A stretch of 64,000 nucleotides of DNA. It comes from Actinomycetota bacterium (GTDB lineage: Bacteria; Actinomycetota; Actinomycetes; S36-B12; GCA-2699445). The first letter of the stretch is position 1; each line of letters begins with the position of its first letter. The stretch is from the NCBI GenBank assembly GCA_029978705.1, contig JAPOIY010000001.1, positions 96,382 to 160,381 on the forward strand, written 5' to 3'. The translations under genes and the position numbers were made by a program. This document shows, piece by piece, positions 9,138-17,357 of the stretch. The notes beneath the pieces are model-generated. The model saw nothing but the letters and a program-made list of their open reading frames with translations. It was not told where the DNA came from and ran no database searches.

Positions 9138-11426
9138 TCAGCCGATGAGACCCGAGAGCATCCGGACGGCACCCCCCTTGTCGAGGGGCTCGTTGCCGTT
9201 GCCGCACTTGGGCGACTGCACGCAGCCGGGACAACCGCCGCCGCAGGCGCAGGTCGCGACGACCTGATGGGTGGCGGCGAGCCACTCCTCCGCGGCGTCG
9301 TAGCCCCGCCGCGCGAAACCGGCACCTCCCGGGTAACCGTCGTAGACGAACACTGTCGCCACGCCCGTGTCCGCGTGCCGGGCCGTGGAGAGGCCCCCGA
9401 TGTCCCAGCGGTCACACGTCGCCAGGGCGGGGAGCACCCCGATCGCGGCGTGTTCGGCGGCGTGCGCGGCGCCGGGGAGATCGCGGGCGAGTCCCAGGTC
9501 CACGATCGCCGCGTCGGGCAGCTGCCACCACACGGCAGTGGTCCGCAGGTCACCGGGTGGGAGGTCGAGGGGTTCGCGGCCCACCACCTGTCCGGTGCGG
9601 GCGTCCCGCTTGAGGAACCCGGTGACCTGCGTGGTCACCGTCACCGTCCCCAACTGCAGGGTGCCGACCCCCAGGGATCGCTGCGCGGTTGTCCCGAGGA
9701 CGTTCAGTTGCGACACAGACTGAGCCACCGTGGTGTAGCCGGGTTGGTCCCGGCGCACCACGGCCACGCCGTCCGCCAGGTCGAGGTCCAGCACCACGTG
9801 CGTCTCCCCGAGGTGGGTGTAGACGGCGCCGGAGTGCAACTGGGCCGGTGCGGCTGCCCCATCGACGGTGCCGATGACGCGGCCCGTATCGGCGTCCACG
9901 ATGGAGGTGTGCGACAACCCGCCGCGCAGGTCGGCCAGTTGGTCGGGACGTTGCCGGTCCACCCAGAACCACCGGTCGCCGCGCAGCCGGATCAGTCCGT
10001 TGCGACGCAGCGCCTCGAGAACGGGCGCCGCGCCCGCCCCGAATATCGCCTCGGCCTCCGCCGTCGTCAGGGGCCCCTCGTCGATCGCGCAGGCCACATG
10101 GCCCAGCAGAACGTGCGGGTTGTCGCGGTCCAGGACGCAGGACTCCAGGGAGGCCCCGAAGATCCGCTCCGGATGGTTCACATAGAAGCGGTCCAGCGGG
10201 TTCTCCTGGGCGCTCAACAGCGCCACCGCATGCTCGCCAGATCGGCCGGCGCGGCCGATCTGCTGCAGGAACGACAGTCGCGTGCCGGGCCAGCCGCACA
10301 ATGCCACCGCATCCAGCCCCGCGATGTCGACGCCCAGTTCCAGTGCGTTCGTGGCGGCGACGCACGGCACCTCCCCGGAGCGCAGCCCGCGCTCGATGGT
10401 GCGTCGTTCCTCCGGCAGGAGGCCGCCGCGGTACGCCGTGACCGCGGCGCCGCCACTGCGGCGCCGGACCGTGTCGGCCAGGGCCTCGGCTCCCGCTCGG
10501 GAGCGCACGAAGCCCACGGACCGCACGCCCGCGGCCGTCCACGCCGTGAGCGCCGCCGCCGTCTCCGTGAATGCCCGCGGCGGGGACGGGGACTCCGCGG
10601 CACCGCGCCCGGGGTCGTGCAGGATCACCGTCCGCGCGCCGCGACTGCTCGTGTCCTCGGTCACGGCGGTGACGGTGTCCGGCGGGACACCGAGCAGGCG
10701 CGCGGCCGATTGGCGGGCGTCGCCGTACGTCGCGGAACAGATCACGAACGCCGGGTCCGCGCCCGCCGCCCGGGCCACGCGGACCAGCCGGCTGACGACG
10801 GCCGCGACGTGGGCGCCGAAGATGCCGCGGTACATGTGCCCCTCATCCAGGACCACGTAGCGCAGCCGCGACAGGAAGGTCCGCCACTGGGAGTGCTGCG
10901 GGAGGACCGAGCGGTGCACCATGTCCGGGTTGGTCAGGACGAAGCGGCTGGTGCGCCGGATGGCGGGGCGCAGGGCCCGGTCCGTGTCGCCGTCGTAGCA
11001 GGCGGCGCCGACCTCGGGCAGACCCAGCTCGGTGAGGCGGGCCCACTGATCGTGGGCCAGTGCCTTGGTCGGCGTGCAGTACAAGGTCGTGGCGCGCTCG
11101 GACACCGCCGCGGACAGGGCCGGCAGCCAGTAGCCGAGGGACTTCCCACTCGCGGTCCCGCTGGCGATCACCACGTGCCGCCCGGCCCAGGCCGCTTCGG
11201 CAGCCCGCACCTGGTGGGCCCACAGGTCCGTGACTCCCGCCCCACCCAACGCCTCCCGCACCCCGGGGGCCACCCACGTGGGCCACGCCTCCGTGACCCC
11301 GGGACGCGCCGGGGTCTCCAGCACCGCGGCCGGCGGGCAGGCGAGTGCGGCCAGCGTGGCCTTGACCAGATCGGCTGCGGTCCGCGGGGTGGGAGCGAGT
11401 GCCGGGGGCTCGCGGCGCGTGGCCAT
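9138..11426 (-). CDS. DEAD/DEAH-box helicase with C-terminal DUF1998 (SftH/MrfA/Rv3649-like)
   Basis: SGTASGKS, DEGH, SAT, TNALELGVDI, QQIGRAGR, CACGGGCPGCVQSPKCGNGN; GGAGG RBS before ATG 11426. Confidence 0.93.
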   Translation of the reverse strand: MATRREPPALAPTPRTAADLVKATLAALACPPAAVLETPARPGVTEAWPTWVAPGVREALGGAGVTDLWAHQVRAAEAAWAGRHVVIASGTASGKSLGYWLPALSAAVSERATTLYCTPTKALAHDQWARLTELGLPEVGAACYDGDTDRALRPAIRRTSRFVLTNPDMVHRSVLPQHSQWRTFLSRLRYVVLDEGHMYRGIFGAHVAAVVSRLVRVARAAGADPAFVICSATYGDARQSAARLLGVPPDTVTAVTEDTSSRGARTVILHDPGRGAAESPSPPRAFTETAAALTAWTAAGVRSVGFVRSRAGAEALADTVRRRSGGAAVTAYRGGLLPEERRTIERGLRSGEVPCVAATNALELGVDIAGLDAVALCGWPGTRLSFLQQIGRAGRSGEHAVALLSAQENPLDRFYVNHPERIFGASLESCVLDRDNPHVLLGHVACAIDEGPLTTAEAEAIFGAGAAPVLEALRRNGLIRLRGDRWFWVDRQRPDQLADLRGGLSHTSIVDADTGRVIGTVDGAAAPAQLHSGAVYTHLGETHVVLDLDLADGVAVVRRDQPGYTTVAQSVSQLNVLGTTAQRSLGVGTLQLGTVTVTTQVTGFLKRDARTGQVVGREPLDLPPGDLRTTAVWWQLPDAAIVDLGLARDLPGAAHAAEHAAIGVLPALATCDRWDIGGLSTARHADTGVATVFVYDGYPGGAGFARRGYDAAEEWLAATHQVVATCACGGGCPGCVQSPKCGNGNEPLDKGGAVRMLSGLIG

Positions 11427-11471
11427 ACGTCCTCCCTCACTGGACCCGGTCGTCATCGGGCGATGGCCCTC

Positions 11472-11493
11472 AGTGTGCCCCGCAGCCCCGACA
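11472..11493 (-). promoter_or_regulatory. PafBC/RecA-NDp-type DNA-damage promoter of the helicase
   Basis: Minus strand TGTCGG-ggctgcgggg-CACACT vs consensus TGTCGG-N10-TA-N3-T (one mismatch). Confidence 0.6.
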
Positions 11494-11521
11494 GTTCGGC
11501 GCCGGGCCATATCGTGGGCCC

Positions 11522-12922
11522 GTGAAGACGTGGGTCCGGGCAGCGGCCGCGATCGCGGCGACCCTGGTGATCCTGCCGGCGACCACCGGGCGGGCGCAGC
11601 CGGTCGGCGGCCGCTCGGTCTCCTGGCACCGGTGCGCGGACGACCACGCGGCCCGCTGCGGACGGCTCACCGTCCCTCGTGACTGGCGGCACCCCGACCG
11701 GGCCACCTACCGGATCGCGGTGCGCCGCCTCCCGGCCACCGGACCGGCGCTCGGGCCGCTCGTGGTCAACCTCGGGGGTCCGGGTCTCGGCGGCGCCGAT
11801 GCCCTGGCGGCGCTGGCCGGCAACCGCTCCCTACGCCGCCACTTCGACCTCATCTCGTTCGACCCTCGTGGGGTGGGGGCCTCGCAGCCCCACCTGCGAT
11901 CGTGTCCTGCGGTGGTGGCCGGTGGCTACGAGCCGGAGACCGGCCCCTTCACGTGGCGGGCCGTCGCACGCCAGGCAGTGCGGCAGCGCAGTGTCGCCGG
12001 ACGCCGGTGTCATGCCCGCAACCGTGCCGTCGGGGCGACCCTCGGCACATGGCAGGTGGCCCACGACATGGACGCCCTGCGATCCGCGGTGGGGTCGCGC
12101 CGCCTCACCTACGCCGGCTACAGCTACGGCACGACCCTGGGCCGGGTCTACGCCCAGGTGTTCCCGCGTCGGCTGCGCGCGATGGTGCTCGACGGGGTCA
12201 CCTCCCCGGTGCCCACGTTCGCCAACCTGCTGGTGTCGAGCCGGCATGGCGGCGTGGCCGCCTGGCGCTGGGTCCGGCAGCGATTGTCGGCCGCGGCGGT
12301 GACCGCCTACCACCGGGTCTCCGCCACGCTCCAGCAGCGCACGGCGGGTGACGGCCAGGACCGGTGGGCCTTCTGGGGCGGCCTCGACCAGCAACTGGGG
12401 CAGGGGGCGAGCGCGCCGGCGACGGTCACGGCGGACATCTGTGGCTATGCCGCCGCTCTGACCGTGCCGTGCGCCGGCAGTTCTGCCACGGCCATCTCCG
12501 GCTCCCCGATCGTGACCCTTGTGGACTGCGTGGACCGGTCCGGCCGGCCGGGCTCCCAGGCCATCGGCCGGGCCCTGCGGGGCGTCGGTCCCGTCGCCGC
12601 GCAGAACGTACTGCGTTTCGCCACGCTGTGTTCCGGAGTGCCGGAACCACGTCGACCCCTGCGCGTCGCCCATGACATCCGGCTGCGGACGCCGCCCCTA
12701 CTCGTCAACGGGGTCGGCGACCAGAACACGCCGCTGTACTCGGCCCGCCGAACGGCTGCGGCGTTCCCCGGGTCCCGGCTGGTGCGGGTCGACACCACGA
12801 CCCACGGCATCTTCGGGCTCGCCGGCAGTCGATGCGTCGACACCGTCGCCACCCGCTACCTGGTGCACCGTAGGCTGCCGCAGCCGGGCAAGATGTGTCC
12901 GACGCCGGGAGGTGCGCCGTGA
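11522..12922 (+). CDS. Secreted alpha/beta hydrolase (TAP-like tripeptidyl aminopeptidase family)
   Basis: Signal peptide, NLGGPG, FDPRGVG, GYSYGT nucleophile, MVLDG, D..TP, HG; TATCGT-N6-GTG. Confidence 0.88.
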   Translation: MKTWVRAAAAIAATLVILPATTGRAQPVGGRSVSWHRCADDHAARCGRLTVPRDWRHPDRATYRIAVRRLPATGPALGPLVVNLGGPGLGGADALAALAGNRSLRRHFDLISFDPRGVGASQPHLRSCPAVVAGGYEPETGPFTWRAVARQAVRQRSVAGRRCHARNRAVGATLGTWQVAHDMDALRSAVGSRRLTYAGYSYGTTLGRVYAQVFPRRLRAMVLDGVTSPVPTFANLLVSSRHGGVAAWRWVRQRLSAAAVTAYHRVSATLQQRTAGDGQDRWAFWGGLDQQLGQGASAPATVTADICGYAAALTVPCAGSSATAISGSPIVTLVDCVDRSGRPGSQAIGRALRGVGPVAAQNVLRFATLCSGVPEPRRPLRVAHDIRLRTPPLLVNGVGDQNTPLYSARRTAAAFPGSRLVRVDTTTHGIFGLAGSRCVDTVATRYLVHRRLPQPGKMCPTPGGAP

Positions 12923-13863
12923 GTCGGGTAATCGCGTTCGTCGTCGCCGCCGTCGTCGTTCTCGCTGCTCCGCTGACCGCAGCTCATCCCACGACCACGG
13001 AGCGCAGTTGGCCCGCGGACGGGGACACGACGCTGATCCTGGCCCCCCAGACCGGAGCCGTGGTGAGCGACGGGACGGTCGTCCGGGCGGACTTCGTGGA
13101 GCCTGTCGTCGCTGTCGTGGCGTGGTGGAGCCGCCCCGGCGACGAGGCCGTGGCGCTGCCGGTGACCGTCGCGGCGGACGGTCTGAGCGCCACGCTGACG
13201 CTGCCCGGCCCCCTCAAGCCCGCCCTCCGGCATCGGCTGAGTGTGCGCGGCACCACCGCGGCGGGGGTCGCCATGCGTCAGGTGGTCGACTACTACGGGC
13301 GGGTGGGGCAGCGCACCTGGCGGGGGGGTCCCCCGACGCAGGTGATGACCGGCGCCTCCCCCGTCATCGGGAAGCGGGGCCGCCTGTTCACCTTCACGAT
13401 CGAAGCGCAGACTTCCCTCGGATCGCATCTGCAGGGGCTCGCCCAGGGAGCGCTGCGGGCCCTCTTCGACGAACAACGGGGCTGGACCGCCCGGGGCCGC
13501 TACCGGATCCAGAGGGTGGCCGACCCGCGCCGCGCCGACATCCGGGTCCTGCTGGCGCGCCCGCCGCTGGTCGATGCGCTATGCCGTCAGGTCGGCCTGA
13601 ACACGGGCGGCATCGTCTCCTGCTGGAACGACCAGTTCGCCGCACTGAACTCCGACCGGTGGCTCACGGGGGCCCTGATCGACAAGTTCGCCTCGTTGCA
13701 GCAGTACCAGACGTATCTGAGCAACCACGAGTTCGGCCACGGCCTCGGACTGCACCATGCCGAGTGTCCCTACCGGGGCGCGCTGGCCCCGATCATGCAG
13801 CAGCAGACGGGTGGGGTGGCCGGGTGCCGTCCCAACGGCTGGCCGTACCCGCACGGTCGCTGA
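12919..13863 (+). CDS. Secreted DUF3152-domain zincin-like protein
   Basis: GTGA overlap; YLSNHEFGHGLGLHH..C...LAPIMQQQT...CRPNGWP. Confidence 0.85.
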   Translation: MSRVIAFVVAAVVVLAAPLTAAHPTTTERSWPADGDTTLILAPQTGAVVSDGTVVRADFVEPVVAVVAWWSRPGDEAVALPVTVAADGLSATLTLPGPLKPALRHRLSVRGTTAAGVAMRQVVDYYGRVGQRTWRGGPPTQVMTGASPVIGKRGRLFTFTIEAQTSLGSHLQGLAQGALRALFDEQRGWTARGRYRIQRVADPRRADIRVLLARPPLVDALCRQVGLNTGGIVSCWNDQFAALNSDRWLTGALIDKFASLQQYQTYLSNHEFGHGLGLHHAECPYRGALAPIMQQQTGGVAGCRPNGWPYPHGR

Positions 13864-13934
13864 GCGAGCCGCCGTCCTGCGGTGATCGCGGTCGTGGCAC
13901 TATCGTGAGCCTGCCAGGCAGCGAAGGGACTCCC

Positions 13935-14252
13935 GTGGACATCACCACCACTGCATCGCCCGCCGGGACCGTGGTCGCCGTCACCGGCGAGCTCGACGTG
14001 TTCACGGCGCCCGCGCTCGAGCAGGAACTGCAGAGTTGCATCGACGCCGGGAAGACCGACCTCGTCGTCGACCTGTCCGGCGTCGACTTCCTCGACAGCA
14101 CCGGCCTCGGCGTGATGGTGAAGGCCCTCAAATGGGCGCGGGAGGCCGGTGGTGGCCTGCGCGTCGTGGCGACGGAGGAACGCATAACCAAGGTGTTCAC
14201 GATCACGGGCCTCGCCGACGCCATGCAACTGTCCGGATCGGTCGACGGCTGA
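13935..14252 (+). CDS. Anti-sigma factor antagonist (STAS, BldG-like)
   Basis: GELDVFTAP, VDFLDSTGLGV phospho-Ser motif, KVFTITGL; GAAGGGA RBS. Confidence 0.9.
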   Translation: MDITTTASPAGTVVAVTGELDVFTAPALEQELQSCIDAGKTDLVVDLSGVDFLDSTGLGVMVKALKWAREAGGGLRVVATEERITKVFTITGLADAMQLSGSVDG

Positions 14253-14638
14253 TGGCGACGGCCACGCTCACGGTCCCGGCCACTCCCGAGCAGGCCCGTA
14301 CCGCCCGCCTCGTGGTGGGGGCCGCGGCGCGGCGGGCGGGAGTCGACCCGGACGTCCTGGACGACGTGCGGTTGGCGGTCGCAGAGGCGGTCGCGCGAGC
14401 AGTGCTGCGGGCGCTGGCGGCCGGCGTCGCCGTCCCGGTGGCGGTCGCCATGACCGACGACGGGACGTCCTTCCGGGTCGACGTGACCGACGGCTCACCG
14501 CCGTCGGTCACGGACGGCGAGGACGAGATGGAGGAGCGGCTGGCCGTTGCCGTCATCCAGTCCCTCGCCCCCGGGAGCACGCTCACCGACACCCCCGACG
14601 GCGGCCGCACGGTCTCGCTGGTGTGGCCCACCGCCTGA
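14252..14638 (+). CDS. Anti-sigma factor-like HATPase (RsbW/ApgA-like)
   Basis: TGATG coupling; RTARLV, DDVRLAVAEAVARAV; syntenic with bldG-like gene. Confidence 0.8.
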   Translation: MATATLTVPATPEQARTARLVVGAAARRAGVDPDVLDDVRLAVAEAVARAVLRALAAGVAVPVAVAMTDDGTSFRVDVTDGSPPSVTDGEDEMEERLAVAVIQSLAPGSTLTDTPDGGRTVSLVWPTA

Positions 14639-14853
14639 CTCCCGCCGATTCCGTCGGCAGAGCGGCGCCGTAGTCACGGAATCCACCTCTCCCCGGTGGG
14701 GACACGCGGTCCCGCGCAGCCCCGTGACAGAAGCCCCGTTCGGGTCGCGTAAACTTCAGCGGTCAGCGGAATCCGCCCGTCCGCGGGTGGGGGGTCGCCG
14801 CTGGCTGTCCGGGTCGAGCGCTGTGCCGACCGATGTACCAACCTGGAGAGTCA

Positions 14854-17184
14854 ATGAGTGCCGTCGATCTGACTGGCAGCAACCTGGTCACCGTGGGTGT
14901 GGTGGCGATCATCGCCCTGCTCGCGTTGGGTGTGGCCGCGGTGCTGGTCCGCCAAGTCCTCGCTGCCGATGAGGGCACGACCAAGATGAAGGACATCGCC
15001 GGAGCTGTGCAGGAGGGCGCCTCGGCGTACCTCAACCGCCAGTTCCGCACGTTGGCCATCTTCGCCGTCGTGGTCTTCTTCGTCCTGTGGCTGCTTCCGG
15101 CAGAGACCACCAGTGAGCGGATCGGCCGGTCGATCTTCTTCCTCGTCGGAGCCCTCTTCTCGGCCATCACCGGCTACATGGGGATGTGGCTCGCGGTGCG
15201 CGGCAACGTCCGCGTGGCGGCAGCTGCCCGCGAGGAGAACGAGCAGGGAGCCATGAAGATCGCCTTCCGCACCGGTGGTGTGGCGGGCATGTTCACCGTG
15301 GGCCTCGGGCTGTTCGGTGCCGCCCTCGTTGTGCTCGTCTACAAGGGCGAGGCGCCGAAGGTCCTCGAGGGCTTCGGCTTCGGGGCTGCGCTGCTCGCCA
15401 TGTTCATGCGTGTCGGCGGCGGCATCTTCACCAAGGCGGCCGACGTCGGCGCCGACCTGGTCGGCAAGGTCGAGCAGGGCATCCCCGAGGACGACCCCCG
15501 CAACGCCGCGACCATCGCGGACAACGTGGGCGACAACGTCGGCGACTGCGCCGGCATGGCGGCTGACCTCTTCGAGTCCTACGCGGTGACCCTGGTGGCC
15601 GCGCTGATCCTCGGCAAGACCGCCTTCGGCGACCTCGGCCTGGTCTTCCCGCTCGTGGTTCCGGCCATCGGCGTCATCACGGCGGTCATCGGCATCTTCG
15701 TGGTGTCGCCGCGCGCGTCGGACCGCTCCGGCATGCAAGCGATCAACCGCGGATTCTTCGTCTCCGCCGCCATCTCGGCCATCCTCGTCGTCATCGCGAC
15801 CTTCGTGTTCCTGCCCGACCGGCTGATCAACATGAAGGGCATCGAGGTGGGCAACTTCGACGTGATCGCCGTCGAGTCCTTCAATCCCCGGGTGTTCGCC
15901 ATCTGGGCGGTCTTCGTCGGCATCATCCTCGCGGTCGTCATCCAGCAGCTGACCGCGTACTTCACCGAGACCAACCGGCGCCCCGTCGACGACGTCGCCA
16001 AGACCTCGCTGACCGGTCCCGCGACCGTGATCCTGTCCGGAATCTCCGTCGGTCTCGAGTCGGCCGTGTACTCCGCGCTGCTGATCGGCGCGGCCGTCTA
16101 CATCGCCGCGCTCGCCGGCGGCGGCTCGGTGATCCTGTCGCTGTTCGCCGTCGCGCTGGCCGGCACCGGTCTGCTGACGACGGTGGGCGTCATCGTGTCG
16201 ATGGACACCTTCGGCCCCGTCTCGGACAACGCTCAGGGCATCGCCGAGATGTCCGGGGACGTCGACGGTGAGGGTGCCAAGATCCTCACCAGCCTCGACG
16301 CCGTCGGCAACTCGACGAAGGCGATCACCAAGGGCATCGCCATCGCCACCGCGGTCCTGGCCGCGACGGCGCTGTTCGGCTCCTTCCGCGACGCCATCGC
16401 CCAGGCCACGGCTGCCGTGGTGAGCAACGGGGATGCGCTCGTGCAGCAGGTCGGCGCGACGGAGGCCGTGCAGTACCTCGGGGTCCTGAATGTCGCCACC
16501 CCGAGCAACCTCGTGGGTCTGCTCATCGGTGCGGCGGTCGTGTTCCTGTTCTCGGGGCTGGCGATCAACGCCGTGTCCCGTGCGGCCGGCGCGGTCATCT
16601 TCGAGGTGCGGCGCCAGTTCCGGGACGACCCGGGAATCATGGAAGGCACCAGCAAGCCCGAGTACGGCAAGGTGGTGGACATCGTCACCCGCGACTCCCT
16701 GCGGGAGCTGATCACCCCGGGCCTGCTCGCGGTCCTGGCCCCGATCGCCGTGGGCTTCGGCCTCGGGGTGGGAGCCCTCGGCTCCTACCTGGCGGGCACC
16801 ATCGCCACCGGCACCCTGATGGCGGTGTTCCTGGCCAACTCCGGTGGCGCCTGGGACAACGCCAAGAAGTTCGTCGAGGACGGCAACTACGGCGGCAAGG
16901 GCTCCGAGGCCCACGAGGCCACCGTCATCGGCGATACCGTCGGCGACCCCTTCAAGGACACCGCCGGCCCGGCCATCAACCCGCTGATCAAGGTGATGAA
17001 CCTGGTCGCCCTGCTGATCGCACCGGCTGTCGTCACGATGTGGCTGAACAACCAGACGGCGCTGCGCTGGGGGATCGCCCTGGTCGCCCTGTTGGTGATC
17101 ATCGGCGCCATCGTGGTCAGCAAGTCGAAGCCCATCGCCGTGGGCGACGCAGATGTCAAGGACGGGGAGAAGGCCAGCGCCTGA
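14854..17184 (+). CDS. hppA: Membrane-bound ion-translocating pyrophosphatase, probably K+-independent H+-PPase
   Basis: GGIFTKAADVGADLVGKVEQGIPEDDPRN, DNVGDNVGD, GNSTKAITKG, GDTVGDPFKDTAGP. Confidence 0.97.
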   Translation: MSAVDLTGSNLVTVGVVAIIALLALGVAAVLVRQVLAADEGTTKMKDIAGAVQEGASAYLNRQFRTLAIFAVVVFFVLWLLPAETTSERIGRSIFFLVGALFSAITGYMGMWLAVRGNVRVAAAAREENEQGAMKIAFRTGGVAGMFTVGLGLFGAALVVLVYKGEAPKVLEGFGFGAALLAMFMRVGGGIFTKAADVGADLVGKVEQGIPEDDPRNAATIADNVGDNVGDCAGMAADLFESYAVTLVAALILGKTAFGDLGLVFPLVVPAIGVITAVIGIFVVSPRASDRSGMQAINRGFFVSAAISAILVVIATFVFLPDRLINMKGIEVGNFDVIAVESFNPRVFAIWAVFVGIILAVVIQQLTAYFTETNRRPVDDVAKTSLTGPATVILSGISVGLESAVYSALLIGAAVYIAALAGGGSVILSLFAVALAGTGLLTTVGVIVSMDTFGPVSDNAQGIAEMSGDVDGEGAKILTSLDAVGNSTKAITKGIAIATAVLAATALFGSFRDAIAQATAAVVSNGDALVQQVGATEAVQYLGVLNVATPSNLVGLLIGAAVVFLFSGLAINAVSRAAGAVIFEVRRQFRDDPGIMEGTSKPEYGKVVDIVTRDSLRELITPGLLAVLAPIAVGFGLGVGALGSYLAGTIATGTLMAVFLANSGGAWDNAKKFVEDGNYGGKGSEAHEATVIGDTVGDPFKDTAGPAINPLIKVMNLVALLIAPAVVTMWLNNQTALRWGIALVALLVIIGAIVVSKSKPIAVGDADVKDGEKASA

Positions 17185-17197
17185 TCCCTCTCCCGCC

Positions 17198-17234
17198 AGG
17201 ACCCCCGGTCACCCGACCGGGGGTCCTCGCTTTT
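17198..17234 (+). terminator. Intrinsic terminator after hppA
   Basis: AGGACCCCCGGTC-accc-GACCGGGGGTCCT perfect 13-bp stem followed by cgcTTTT. Confidence 0.8.
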
Positions 17235-17278
17235 CCGCTCTTCGTCGGTTGCCTCACATCCGCTCGGGAGGGGCTGAC

Positions 17279-17309
17279 TTGACAGACACGGCCCAGGTAG
17301 CCTCACACT
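17279..17309 (+). promoter_or_regulatory. Putative sigma-A promoter of topA
   Basis: TTGACA 17279-17284, CACACT 17304-17309 (19-nt spacer). Confidence 0.45.
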
Positions 17310-17357
17310 CACTGTCGGCAAGGCTGCAGCACCCGCCGACCCCCGGAAGGAATCCCA

